Positions 18,437 to 27,711 of a DNA stretch of 64,000 bases are shown here, piece after piece. Where the stretch lies: the NCBI GenBank assembly GCA_965223845.1, contig CBDCXR010000004.1, positions 5,216,001-5,280,000 on the forward strand, given 5' to 3'. Position numbers and translations under genes: made by a program. Position 1 is the first letter of the stretch, and the number at the start of each line of letters is the position of its first letter. Below the pieces are notes generated by a model. The model was not told where the DNA came from. It did no database searches and was given only the letters and a program-made list of their open reading frames with translations. This stretch comes from Planctomycetota bacterium (GTDB lineage: Bacteria; Planctomycetota; UBA8108; SXIK01).

Positions 18437-19852
18437 ATGACCAAGCGCAAGACGATCAAGAAACGCGAGCTCGCCGGACTCGGAGTCCCGCCCGGCGACC
18501 CGATGCGCATCGCCGGTGAGTCGGTGCAGCAGGCCCTCGCCGCCGGTCGGACGCGCGACGAGATCCGCGCGGCCGTTCGCGACGTCGTCGGTGCGCCCGA
18601 GGAGTTTTTAGACGAGCCTCACTTCGCATCGCTCGCCCGAGCTCTCGGTCGGGTGGCCGAGTCACAAAGGCACTTTCGTCCGCGCTCCTCCCCCGCGCCG
18701 TACGCGCGCTGGGGTGACGAGATCGACGACGCGTCCGTCGAGCAGATGGAGAGCGCCTGCGCGCTTCCCGTTTCGGTGCGCGGCGCCCTCATGCCCGACG
18801 CTCACGTCGGCTACGGCCTTCCGATCGGCGGAGTCCTTGCGACGCACAACTCCGTCATTCCTTACGCCGTCGGTGTCGATATCGCGTGCCGCATGAAGAT
18901 GACCGTTCTCGATCTTCCCGAGACCGCCCTTCGCGGGGAGACCGACCGGCTGAAGAATGCACTCCAGCGCGAAACGTCGTTCGGGATCGGAGCGAAGTTC
19001 AAGAATCGCCGTCAGCACGACGTGCTCGATGAAGATTGGTCCGTGACGAAGATCACGCAGGATCACCGCGACAAGGCGTGGTCGCAGCTCGGTACGAGCG
19101 GCAGCGGGAATCACTTCGTCGAGTTCGGGGAGCTCGTCGTTGCGGATGCTCGCGTCGGGATCGAGCCGGGAAGGTACGTCGCGCTCCTCAGTCACAGCGG
19201 CAGCCGCGGAACGGGCGCGGCGGTGGCAAGCCATTACAGTCGAGTCGCGATGGATCAGCACCCGGAGTTGCCGAAACAACTCCGTCACCTCGCGTGGCTC
19301 GATCTCGACTCGGAGCCCGGCGCCGAGTACTGGGCGGCGATGGAGCTCATGGGGAAGTACGCCGCGGCGAATCACGCGGTGATCCATCGCCATATGGCGA
19401 AGAATCTCGGTGCCAAGGTGCTCCTCGACATCGAAAACCATCACAACTTTGCGTGGAAAGAGACTCACGACGGTGAAGAGGTGATCGTGCACCGTAAAGG
19501 GGCGACTCCCGCTGGTGAGGGTGCGATCGGAATCATCCCCGGATCGATGGCTTCGCCGGCCTACATCGTGCGCGGCCTCGGTGATCCGGCCTCGCTCGAT
19601 TCGGCGTCGCACGGTGCCGGACGGCGCATGAGCCGAAAGCGCGCCAAAGAGTCGTTCACCTGGTCGGAAGCGAACAAGCTGCTCCGCGAACGCGGCGTGA
19701 CGCTCTTGTCCGCCGGACTGGACGAAGTCCCGATGGCGTACAAGGACATCGACGAAGTGATGGGCGCGCAGCGAGACCTCGTCGAGCCCCTCGCGAAGTT
19801 CCATCCGCGCCTCGTTCGAATGGCGCCGGCCGGGGAGCGACCCGAGGACTGA
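18437..19852 (+). CDS. rtcB: RtcB-family RNA ligase
   Basis: MPDAH.GYGLPIGG, GVDIAC, GNHFVE, HSGSRG, HHN, HRKGA, SHGAGR, DEVPMAYK. Confidence 0.95.
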   Translation: MTKRKTIKKRELAGLGVPPGDPMRIAGESVQQALAAGRTRDEIRAAVRDVVGAPEEFLDEPHFASLARALGRVAESQRHFRPRSSPAPYARWGDEIDDASVEQMESACALPVSVRGALMPDAHVGYGLPIGGVLATHNSVIPYAVGVDIACRMKMTVLDLPETALRGETDRLKNALQRETSFGIGAKFKNRRQHDVLDEDWSVTKITQDHRDKAWSQLGTSGSGNHFVEFGELVVADARVGIEPGRYVALLSHSGSRGTGAAVASHYSRVAMDQHPELPKQLRHLAWLDLDSEPGAEYWAAMELMGKYAAANHAVIHRHMAKNLGAKVLLDIENHHNFAWKETHDGEEVIVHRKGATPAGEGAIGIIPGSMASPAYIVRGLGDPASLDSASHGAGRRMSRKRAKESFTWSEANKLLRERGVTLLSAGLDEVPMAYKDIDEVMGAQRDLVEPLAKFHPRLVRMAPAGERPED

Positions 19853-19858
19853 CTTTCG

Positions 19859-20413
19859 ATGCGCACCGGCTCGAACTCGAGGGACGCCCCGGAGACCCCG
19901 TGGGACGAGCTCGTCTCGTCGAAGTTCGTCGGAGCCGTACGCCGCCGATGCGCGCGTCGGACACTCGAAATGTACCACGCGATCTTGCTCGGTCCGGTGG
20001 TGATCGGATTCGTCGGATTGCGCTGGGGCGGATTGTTGGCCGCCGCCGTCGGATCGCTCTCAACGCTTTTTTTCACCGTCCCCGGCGCGCTCGTGATCGC
20101 GTTCGCTCACCAACACGCCGAGCTCCGGCCGGGACGCAGGCATCCGATTCGAAGCTCTTGGGGTCGACTCCACCGAACCATCGGATTCTGCATCTCGATC
20201 TACACCGTGATCTTCATGCTCAGCCTCTACCCGGCATGGCATTCCGCGATTCGATACGGGATCGATACCCAGACCGTAATCGGAGTCGCCCTCTTGGGAT
20301 TCACTGGAATCCGCATCGCGTCGCTCGTCTGGGAGCTTCGCGGCGTGCGGGGCGCAATGCTCGAGATCAAAGAAGTTCCTCTCCCGCGACGCCGAAGAGC
20401 CGCCCCACCGTAA
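19859..20413 (+). CDS. Hypothetical membrane protein (~4 TM)
   Basis: Several hydrophobic segments; starts 6 nt after the rtcB stop. Confidence 0.5.
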   Translation: MRTGSNSRDAPETPWDELVSSKFVGAVRRRCARRTLEMYHAILLGPVVIGFVGLRWGGLLAAAVGSLSTLFFTVPGALVIAFAHQHAELRPGRRHPIRSSWGRLHRTIGFCISIYTVIFMLSLYPAWHSAIRYGIDTQTVIGVALLGFTGIRIASLVWELRGVRGAMLEIKEVPLPRRRRAAPP

Positions 20414-20450
20414 AGCCTCGAGTCCTTTCCACTCGAATCATCTCTTCCTC

Positions 20451-20491
20451 CCTTCGTCTTCCTTCGCGGTCATTCGCGCCCTTCGTGTGAA
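20451..20491. repeat. Solo right-arm copy of the CGAAG-unit repeat
   Basis: ccttcgtcttccttcgcggtcattcgcgcccttcgtgtgaa, homologous to the right arms at 6896 and 18380; between convergent genes. Confidence 0.75.
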
Positions 20492-20519
20492 CCCTCCTCC
20501 GTGAGAGATTTCGAGCTCT

Positions 20520-21830
20520 TCACAAGAGATGACGAGCCTTGACGTCGAGGTACTGATTCACGACCGCAGTGGACAGCTCATGCGGGAGCACCTCGAGCAC
20601 GATCACCCCGGCGTTGCGCAGCTCCGCGATGCGACGCGTCTGCGTCGCGAGGAGCTCGGCGCCCGCCGCGACGTGGAACGCCTCGATGTCCGATTCGGGA
20701 ACTCGATTCGCCAGCTCGGACAAAGCGACGTCGCGGAGAAACACACAGACGAGCACGTGGGGTGAAGTCAGCGTTCGCAGGTAGCCCGAGATCGCGTCCA
20801 AGTGCTGTTCGTCGAGCGTGTGGGTGATGAGAAGGACGAGTGCGCGCTTCCGCTGGCGCCGGAGCAGCTCTTCGCAGGCGAGGCCGTAGTCCGCCGCCTC
20901 CCAGCGCGCCTCGATGTCGTAGAGTTGCTGAATGATCGCTTGAATGGCCGTGCGGCCGCGGACCGGACCGACGTGACGCTCGATGCGATCGGAGAACGCG
21001 ACGAGCGAAACATTGTCCCCCTGACGAAGCGCGACGTAGCTGAGAATGGTCGCCGCGTTGAGACCACGATCGAGGTGTGTCACGCCGCCCGTTTCGTTTC
21101 CCATCGATCGGCCGCAGTCGAGGAGAAGGACGATGTTCTGGTTCCGCTCAACGGTGAACTCACGGCTGATGAGCCGGTCATACTTTGCCGTCGCCTTCCA
21201 ATCGACGTCGCGGAGCTCGTCCTCGCGGCGGTACTCCCGAAGGCGTTCGAACTCGCCGCCGCGGCCACGCTGGCGAACGCGATGGACACCGATCTCATCG
21301 AGTCGATTCTTCACGGCGAGGAGATCGAACTGCCGCACCGCCTGGATGTCCGGAAAAACGCGAACGTCTTCCGGCAGGGCTCGGCGTTCGACGCGACTCC
21401 ACAATCCGAGCACGGTGCTGAATCGCAGGTGGACGGCCTCGAAGCGAGCCCGACCCCGCCGCGCGGGTTCGAGCTGGTAGGTGCCCGTGAGCTCTCGATC
21501 CGGTGGGATCTCGAGGCGAATCCGGCCGTCGCGAGAGCGACTCGGCTCGGGGGGCTCGTCGACGAGCTCGACGCGAAGGATCGACCGTCCGCGGTTTGTG
21601 GCCGTGAGCGAGATCGCGTTCCACGTCCCGACACTCAAGACGGGCGAGACGTTCCGCCGGACATCGACCACTCGGGTCGACGGTGAGACGGCGAGGTCGG
21701 CGACCGCGAGTCCGAACAAACAGGCATTGAAGAAGAGAGCGGCGAGATGCGCCGTCGGACTCCAAGCTCCGACGGCGAAGAGGGCCACGCCGAGGAGGGA
21801 GAGCCCGACGAGGGAGCCGCGCGGAGTCAT
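20520..21830 (-). CDS. DUF58 / vWA-like MoxR partner protein
   Basis: GEFERLREYR..DE.R.VDWKATA, ERNQ...LLLDCGRSM, GDNV. Start at ATG 21830 overlapping the moxR stop. Confidence 0.9.
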   Translation of the reverse strand: MTPRGSLVGLSLLGVALFAVGAWSPTAHLAALFFNACLFGLAVADLAVSPSTRVVDVRRNVSPVLSVGTWNAISLTATNRGRSILRVELVDEPPEPSRSRDGRIRLEIPPDRELTGTYQLEPARRGRARFEAVHLRFSTVLGLWSRVERRALPEDVRVFPDIQAVRQFDLLAVKNRLDEIGVHRVRQRGRGGEFERLREYRREDELRDVDWKATAKYDRLISREFTVERNQNIVLLLDCGRSMGNETGGVTHLDRGLNAATILSYVALRQGDNVSLVAFSDRIERHVGPVRGRTAIQAIIQQLYDIEARWEAADYGLACEELLRRQRKRALVLLITHTLDEQHLDAISGYLRTLTSPHVLVCVFLRDVALSELANRVPESDIEAFHVAAGAELLATQTRRIAELRNAGVIVLEVLPHELSTAVVNQYLDVKARHLL

Positions 21831-22786
21831 GAGCGCGGAACCTCGACGTCTTCGAGCACCTGCTGGACGACGTGGTCGGAAGAGAGCCCTTCGATCTCGG
21901 CCTCGGGTCGAAGGAGGATGCGGTGGCGGAGCACCCAGGGCGCGATCTCCTTGACGTCGTCCGGAGTCACAAAATCGCGGCCCTGGCACGCCGCGTACGT
22001 GCGCGACGCGAGGAAGAGATTGACGCTCCCACGCGGGCTCGCACCGACCGAGACACCGTGCCAGTCGCGCGTCCGGGCGACGATCGACGTGATGTAGTGA
22101 ATGATCTTCGGCTCGACGATCACCGTGGCGACCGCCGATTGAATCGCCGCGAGGAGATCACGGTCGAGGAGCGCTTTCACCTCATAGGTTTCGAGACGCC
22201 GCCAGTCTTGTCCCGAAGCAAGGTGCGTCAGAATCGTCGATTCCTCTTCTTGCGTGGGATAGTCGACGAGAAGCTTGAACATGAAGCGATCGACTTGCGC
22301 CTCCGGGAGCGGGTACGTCCCCTCGTGCTCGATCGGATTCTGCGTGCCGATCACGAGAAACGGAGACTCGAGCGCGTACGTCTTCCCGTCGACCGTGACC
22401 TGACGTTCCTGCATCGCCTCGAGCAACGCAGATTGCGTCTTGGGCGGCGATCGATTGATTTCGTCGGCGAGGAGCAGGTTCGTGAAGATCGGACCGGCGC
22501 TGAAGTGAAACTGTTTCTCCGCGAGATCGTAGACATTGTGGCCGGTGAGATCTGACGGCATCAGATCCGGCGTGAATTGAACGCGCTTGAAGTCGCAGGA
22601 GAGCACCTTCGACAGTGTGTTGACGAGGAGCGTCTTCCCGAGTCCGGGCACGCCTTCGATGAGGACGCTGCCCTCGGAAAGAAGTGCAACCAGCAGGCCT
22701 TCGACGAGCTCGGCCTGGCCGACGATCACCTTGCCGACTTCTCCGACGACCGCGTTGAACGTCTCCGCGACGCGGTTCAGTTCCAT
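21827..22786 (-). CDS. moxR: MoxR-family AAA+ ATPase
   Basis: EGVPGLGKT, RVQFTPDLMPSD, LADEINR.PPKTQSALLEAM.ERQVT, TQNPIE.EGTYPLPEAQ.DRF, GASPR. Confidence 0.95.
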   Translation of the reverse strand: MELNRVAETFNAVVGEVGKVIVGQAELVEGLLVALLSEGSVLIEGVPGLGKTLLVNTLSKVLSCDFKRVQFTPDLMPSDLTGHNVYDLAEKQFHFSAGPIFTNLLLADEINRSPPKTQSALLEAMQERQVTVDGKTYALESPFLVIGTQNPIEHEGTYPLPEAQVDRFMFKLLVDYPTQEEESTILTHLASGQDWRRLETYEVKALLDRDLLAAIQSAVATVIVEPKIIHYITSIVARTRDWHGVSVGASPRGSVNLFLASRTYAACQGRDFVTPDDVKEIAPWVLRHRILLRPEAEIEGLSSDHVVQQVLEDVEVPRS

Positions 22787-22787
22787 T

Positions 22788-24032
22788 TCAGGCTCCTTGT
22801 GAAGATTCGATGCGCTGCTTGATGCGCGCGAGGGCGCGGATCACCGAGGCCGTGTCGCCCGACGAGAGTCGCCCGGAATTGATGGCCCGATCCGCCTCTT
22901 CGAGTGCGCGCAAGACTTCGTCCGCGTCGGCGTCGGCCGCACGCGCGAGCCACTCCGCGGTCGCGCGGAGTTCGCGGCCGGCGCGAGAGCGGCGCGTGAA
23001 GCGCGTCCCGATCAGCTCCCGCTGGAAATACTCGAGAAAGTGGTGCACGGCGTGCTGTCCCGTTCCCGCTTTGTAGTGGAGATTGCCGAGCGCGAACGCG
23101 TGCTCGCGGATGCTTCGGCGAGATTCGAGTGGCAGTGGGCGCGGCGGCCCGAGTCGCCGGCTGCGCCACCACGCGAAGAGAACGGCGACGAGAACGAGCT
23201 GAAGCGTCATGTGACGAAGGATCGGATCGAACAGGATTCCGAACACCTTCGGTGCGCTCGCGGCGTTGATTGATTCATCGAAGACGATCGCTCCCTCAAC
23301 GCCGCACTCCTCGAGGAGGCGGAGCGCGAGAACGGCGTTCGCGTGGCGCTCATCAGCGAGCTCAGCGTTCGAAAAGATCGCGTCGTTGGCGACGACGACG
23401 ATCACACCTCTGCCCACGCGCCGGCGGACCGCGACCGGTAGGCCAGCGCGCCGAACGAGGACTTCGAAGCCGGAGCCGCGGATCCACCCTCGCTCGTGCC
23501 AGCGGAACGGCTCGGAGGTGAGCAGAGTCTCGTTCTCGGTCGAGAACTCGTCGTCGGGATACGACCGCGCTCGAAACGCCTCGCCGAGATTGACCGACGG
23601 GAGGCTCGGGGCGGACTCGTCGTCGAGCTCTTCGCCCCCGACTTCGATCGCCGAGGAAACCTCGATGGGGAACGGTGCCAGATCGACGTTCGGTCCCATC
23701 GCGCGGCGAGCATAGAGAAGTCGTCCGCCGCCGCGCACCCAGTCGTAGAGCGCATCCCAGTCGCGAGGGCCGATGTCGTCCGCCGGGCCGAGCAGACAGA
23801 GGATGTCCATCCAGTCGAGTGCGCCGGCGAGGAGGTCCTGGTTCCGCGACGCGCCGTAGAGATCATCGACGAGACGAAAGTAGACGGTCTTCCCTTCGAT
23901 CGCCGTGCTGTACGTGTCACTGCGCGTCGTCCTCTCGCCCGGGAACCACCAGATCCCGAGGAGGAGCACGAACCCGACGAGGGCGCACCACAGCCATTCA
24001 GTCCGCAGTCGCGGCGAGCTCTTCTTCGTCAC
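22788..24032 (-). CDS. DUF4350-like membrane-anchored protein
   Basis: N-terminal TM, ...WVRGGG.L, GRG.IVV...IFSN..L...NA, second TM followed by RRLGPP; canonical position before moxR. Confidence 0.7.
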   Translation of the reverse strand: MTKKSSPRLRTEWLWCALVGFVLLLGIWWFPGERTTRSDTYSTAIEGKTVYFRLVDDLYGASRNQDLLAGALDWMDILCLLGPADDIGPRDWDALYDWVRGGGRLLYARRAMGPNVDLAPFPIEVSSAIEVGGEELDDESAPSLPSVNLGEAFRARSYPDDEFSTENETLLTSEPFRWHERGWIRGSGFEVLVRRAGLPVAVRRRVGRGVIVVVANDAIFSNAELADERHANAVLALRLLEECGVEGAIVFDESINAASAPKVFGILFDPILRHMTLQLVLVAVLFAWWRSRRLGPPRPLPLESRRSIREHAFALGNLHYKAGTGQHAVHHFLEYFQRELIGTRFTRRSRAGRELRATAEWLARAADADADEVLRALEEADRAINSGRLSSGDTASVIRALARIKQRIESSQGA

Positions 24033-24891
24033 GAAATCCCGCGCGATACGCGCGCATGCAATCGTCGAATCTCTCTGCGGACGCCGCTCGGCGGCCGAAG
24101 AACACTTCCTCGAAATTCGCTACCACGCGAGAGAGAGCGTCATGGGCATCGCCGCGGCTCCGCACGGCTCGCAGGTAGCTCCGATTCGTTAGTCCGGCTC
24201 GATAACGGATGAGGCGTCTCCGCTCGATCCAGCTCAGCCCCGCGAGCAAGATCTCCCGCACGCCGCTTCGATAGTCTCCCTTCGCGGCGGCGCGCTCCGC
24301 GCGATCGAGATACTCCTCCGGTGGGAGATCACCGGGGGGACCGCTCAAGTCGAGTGCGGCGCTTTCGCTGAGTTCGCCCGGCGAAACTTCTCCGTCGCGC
24401 GCGGCGCGGCGTTCCGCGAGCGCCTTGACGAAGAAGAACGCGACCACGAGCACGGCGAGGATGATGAGAAGCTTGAGCGCCGTGCCGAACGCCTCATCCG
24501 CGGTGAAGCTCAAGCTGCCGGCGCCTCCACCTCCACCGAACAGCCACCCCAAGAATCGATTCAGCCAGTCCGGAGTGCGCCAGCTTCTCTTCGGTGCGTC
24601 GGATCTCGCATTCTCCGTCCTCAGATGCCGAAGATCATTCTGCGAGAGAATCCGCTCGAGCGACTCCTTCACCGCAGTGGAAGCGGATTCGTCGCCCTGT
24701 GCATCAGCGATCACGGGCGGCGCCCATACCGTCACCGCGAAAACGACCACGAGCGGCGCAAAGACACTCGGTGCCTGCCCAGGAAACTGCATTCGGCCGC
24801 CGATCGGTTCCCTCGGACGGATTCCGCGTCGCGAATCCTCGACGATTTCTCTAGCCAACCGGCCGAAGAGTGGACCGCAGATTCCGCTCAT
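23998..24891 (-). CDS. DUF4129-domain membrane protein
   Basis: A...GDYR.GVR.....L.......IRY..GLTNRSYL....FEEVFFG. ATG 24891 is ATGA-coupled to the upstream gene; the upstream part of track ORF 23998..25467 is shadow. Confidence 0.75.
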   Translation of the reverse strand: MSGICGPLFGRLAREIVEDSRRGIRPREPIGGRMQFPGQAPSVFAPLVVVFAVTVWAPPVIADAQGDESASTAVKESLERILSQNDLRHLRTENARSDAPKRSWRTPDWLNRFLGWLFGGGGGAGSLSFTADEAFGTALKLLIILAVLVVAFFFVKALAERRAARDGEVSPGELSESAALDLSGPPGDLPPEEYLDRAERAAAKGDYRSGVREILLAGLSWIERRRLIRYRAGLTNRSYLRAVRSRGDAHDALSRVVANFEEVFFGRRAASAERFDDCMRAYRAGFRDEEELAATAD

Positions 24892-25751
24892 TGCAGCCCC
24901 TCCAGCTTCGCCGCCTGGATTCGCGCATCGAGCTCGAGGTCCCAGCACTCCCGCCGGATGCGCTGATCGAGATAGGAAAGAAAGAGGGTCAAGCGCGCCC
25001 ACGGATAGACCGCCCAGAAGATCATCTGAAGCACGACCACGACACGCACGTCGCCTCGCAGAAGGTAGACCGAGGACCGAAACGCGTTTTCCCAGGTGAA
25101 CCGGCTCAAGAAGATCGGGTAACGGAGCACGTAGCCGCAGAAGAGATCGACGAGGAGGAAGAGCAGGCCGCAAGTCACCGCGTAGAGCCCCAGCATCTGA
25201 AGGTAGCGACCGAACGCACCGCCGCCGACGTCGCTCCGGCGCAGATCCTTGATGCGCCGGCGCAGCCGCTCGCCCTGCAGTTTTTCGAGCACGATCGCCT
25301 CGCGCACGAACGTCGACGAAGAGGAAACGAAGGGAACGAAGATGAGAACGAGCGCTAGCGATGCGGGCTCGCTCGCGTAGAGAAACGCGCCGACGGCGAG
25401 GATCACCAAGCGAACCGGATAGATGCGCGCGATCACCGAAGCGAAATGCGGCTTGAACGCTCTCCACGCGCGTCCGGCGGATAGGCTCTCCCCGAACGCC
25501 CGCGGACCTTCGCCGGCGACGATGACTCCACCGACAATCGGCATCGCGAGGTAGAGATAAGCGAGGGTGACGAGAAACCCGTCTGGAGTGTAGCGCGGGG
25601 CGAGATAGGCGAGCGCGAGTCCCGGCACAGCTCCGAACGCGACGATCGCGAGGATGTGGCGAAGATCGGTGAAATAAAGGCGCAGGGCGAGGTCCGAGGT
25701 CTCGCCGAAGTCGCGCTCTTCGATCGGGATCGTCACGCCGTCGAGCTTCAT
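24888..25751 (-). CDS. Multi-pass membrane protein of the MoxR/SpoIIM operon
   Basis: MKLD..TI.I..R...E..DLA, several TMs, C-terminal YLD.RIRRECWDLE. Confidence 0.75.
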   Translation of the reverse strand: MKLDGVTIPIEERDFGETSDLALRLYFTDLRHILAIVAFGAVPGLALAYLAPRYTPDGFLVTLAYLYLAMPIVGGVIVAGEGPRAFGESLSAGRAWRAFKPHFASVIARIYPVRLVILAVGAFLYASEPASLALVLIFVPFVSSSSTFVREAIVLEKLQGERLRRRIKDLRRSDVGGGAFGRYLQMLGLYAVTCGLLFLLVDLFCGYVLRYPIFLSRFTWENAFRSSVYLLRGDVRVVVVLQMIFWAVYPWARLTLFLSYLDQRIRRECWDLELDARIQAAKLEGLQ

Positions 25752-25818
25752 TCCCTACCGCTCACCTCGATTCGATCCCGAGGCGGCGAAACATGGCGAG
25801 CGAACGCGGTTTTCGCCG

Positions 25819-26796
25819 TCATTTTCTCGCAACCTTCGGATCAAGTCTGCGTCCAGCGCGGACGAGGTACAGGACGACGCAAATCCAGAGCAGAGAACCG
25901 ACGAAATACTTGATCTGGTTCGGCGCTGCGGACGGAGACCAAAAGCCTTCGATCACCGCCGCGACGGCGAGCATCGCGCCGGCGCCGGCGGCGAGACGGA
26001 TCGCGTCGGCGCCGCGGACTCGGAGTGCGTCGAGACGTCGGTAGGGGCCGGGGTGGACGAGCGCGTGTCCGACGATCAAGCCTGCGGCTCCTGCGATGAC
26101 GATCGCCGTAAGCTCGAAGCTGCCGTGCGAGATCACGAAGCTGAAAAAGCGCTCGCTGTAGCCCTTCGCGACGAGGTACGCCGCAGTGGTACCGATCGCG
26201 AGGCTGTTGAAGATCAGAAAATAGATCGTCCCGATCCCGAAGAAGATGCCCGTCGCGAAGCAGCGAAACGCGATTCCGATGTTGTTGTACACATAGAATC
26301 CCGTCATGGTCGCTTCGCTACGAGCCGGGACCTCGCTCATTTCGTCCGAGTACATGAGCTCGTACATCGCGAGCTGCTCGGGCGAGAGGATCTTTCCTGC
26401 GACGTCGGGATCGCGGCTCACGAATCCGCCGGCAACGAGTCCCGGAAGGACGAACAAGACGAGCGACGCCCAAAAGTACCGCTGATTCGCGCGCAGAAGC
26501 CGCGGAAAGTGCGCGGTGAAAAACTGAACCACGGCGCGCGGCCGGCCGGGAGGTTCGCGATAGAAGCGGTGGTACCCCCGCGCGACGAGCGCGTTGAGCA
26601 GATCTTCGAGATCGCGGCCCCACTCGCGCGAGCGCACGGTCGAAAGGTCGTAGCAGATTCCGCGAAAGAGTCGCGACATCTCCGAGATCTCTTCGCCGTC
26701 GAGTCGCCCGCCTCGGATGCGTCCGGATTTCTTGAGCAGCTCGTCGAATCGATCCCACGCGGGGCGACGCGCCTCGATGAATCGGTTTTTCGTCAT
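25819..26796 (-). CDS. Stage II sporulation protein M-like (DUF95) membrane protein
   Basis: F...RR..W, DLS, LN.LV.R, NNI.IAF..FA.G, HG.FELTAIV.AG.AG, AA.IEGF.SP. Confidence 0.88.
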   Translation of the reverse strand: MTKNRFIEARRPAWDRFDELLKKSGRIRGGRLDGEEISEMSRLFRGICYDLSTVRSREWGRDLEDLLNALVARGYHRFYREPPGRPRAVVQFFTAHFPRLLRANQRYFWASLVLFVLPGLVAGGFVSRDPDVAGKILSPEQLAMYELMYSDEMSEVPARSEATMTGFYVYNNIGIAFRCFATGIFFGIGTIYFLIFNSLAIGTTAAYLVAKGYSERFFSFVISHGSFELTAIVIAGAAGLIVGHALVHPGPYRRLDALRVRGADAIRLAAGAGAMLAVAAVIEGFWSPSAAPNQIKYFVGSLLWICVVLYLVRAGRRLDPKVARK

Positions 26797-27650
26797 CGCT
26801 TGGCCCCCTGGGCACGCGCCGCTTTGCGCCTCCGCTTGGGCGGCGCGCCGTTCGCCGCCTCGGCGAGCGCCTCCTCGTCGAACTCCCCGAAAGTGCGGAG
26901 GACGCGCAGAAGAAAGCGATGTGGGTTCTGGGCCGGATCGGAATCGATGTCCTCACCCCGATATCCGAGGCGCTCGGCGACGATCGGCGCGAGGATCGAC
27001 GCGACCTCGTTCGCCCGCGCCACGCCGAGGCGCTGCACGCGTCGCGCGAACCGATCGATGAGACCGAGAGTCCGTTCCGACGGGCGATGACCTCCGGAGA
27101 GTTCGGTTCGCTCGAACGGATCGACGTCCGCGAGAACCGGAGGCGGCGCCGCGATCGCGAGCTTCTTCTCGCGGACAACCATCGTTCCCGCGACGAGATC
27201 ACCGAGCCGCTGCAGCTTCGGCGAGCAGAGCATCGTGATGAGACCGACACCGTAGCCGAATGGCAGTACGTCGGCCGCACGGAGGAGATTCCGCATCATC
27301 GCGTCGAAGAATCCGAGCGGGTAGCCTCCTTCCTTCACGACGCGCAGGCCCACCGCCTTCTTTCCCGGAGTCCGTCCTCCCCAGAACGCCTCGAAGAGCC
27401 AGGCGTACGCCCATTCGAGCAGAAACATCAAGATGAGGAATGTGAACCCGGAAAAATCGGCGGCGTAGAACAAAAACGGAAAGAGCGCACGCCCGACGAG
27501 CAAGAGCACGAACACCCCGGCCCAACGAAGGACGAGGTCGAGCGCGTACGCGTACATCCGCGTCGCCGGTCCGGCGAGACGAAACTCGAGAACGACGTTC
27601 TCGGGCGTCTCGATGCGGAGGCGATTGTCGACGAGAGGAGGCGCGGTCAT
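26793..27650 (-). CDS. RDD-family membrane protein
   Basis: IETPENV.L..RLAG..TR..A..LD, G.TPGK...GLRVV, RNLLR.AD, QRLGDLVAGT.VV. Start placed at ATG 27650. Confidence 0.88.
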   Translation of the reverse strand: MTAPPLVDNRLRIETPENVVLEFRLAGPATRMYAYALDLVLRWAGVFVLLLVGRALFPFLFYAADFSGFTFLILMFLLEWAYAWLFEAFWGGRTPGKKAVGLRVVKEGGYPLGFFDAMMRNLLRAADVLPFGYGVGLITMLCSPKLQRLGDLVAGTMVVREKKLAIAAPPPVLADVDPFERTELSGGHRPSERTLGLIDRFARRVQRLGVARANEVASILAPIVAERLGYRGEDIDSDPAQNPHRFLLRVLRTFGEFDEEALAEAANGAPPKRRRKAARAQGAKR

Positions 27651-27711
27651 GAGCTCACTCGTCCTTCCCCCAGACGCGCCACCGAGCCGCTCGATCGACT
27701 CGTCGCGGCTC

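Noticed and set aside
24892-25467. N-terminal 190 aa of track ORF 23998..25467
   Set aside because: Out-of-frame overlap with the 24888-25751 gene; the real start is the ATGA-coupled ATG at 24891 or later.
25819-26796. Sporulation inferred from the SpoIIM-like gene
   Set aside because: The DUF95/SpoIIM family is widespread in non-sporulating bacteria, and no other sporulation genes are present.
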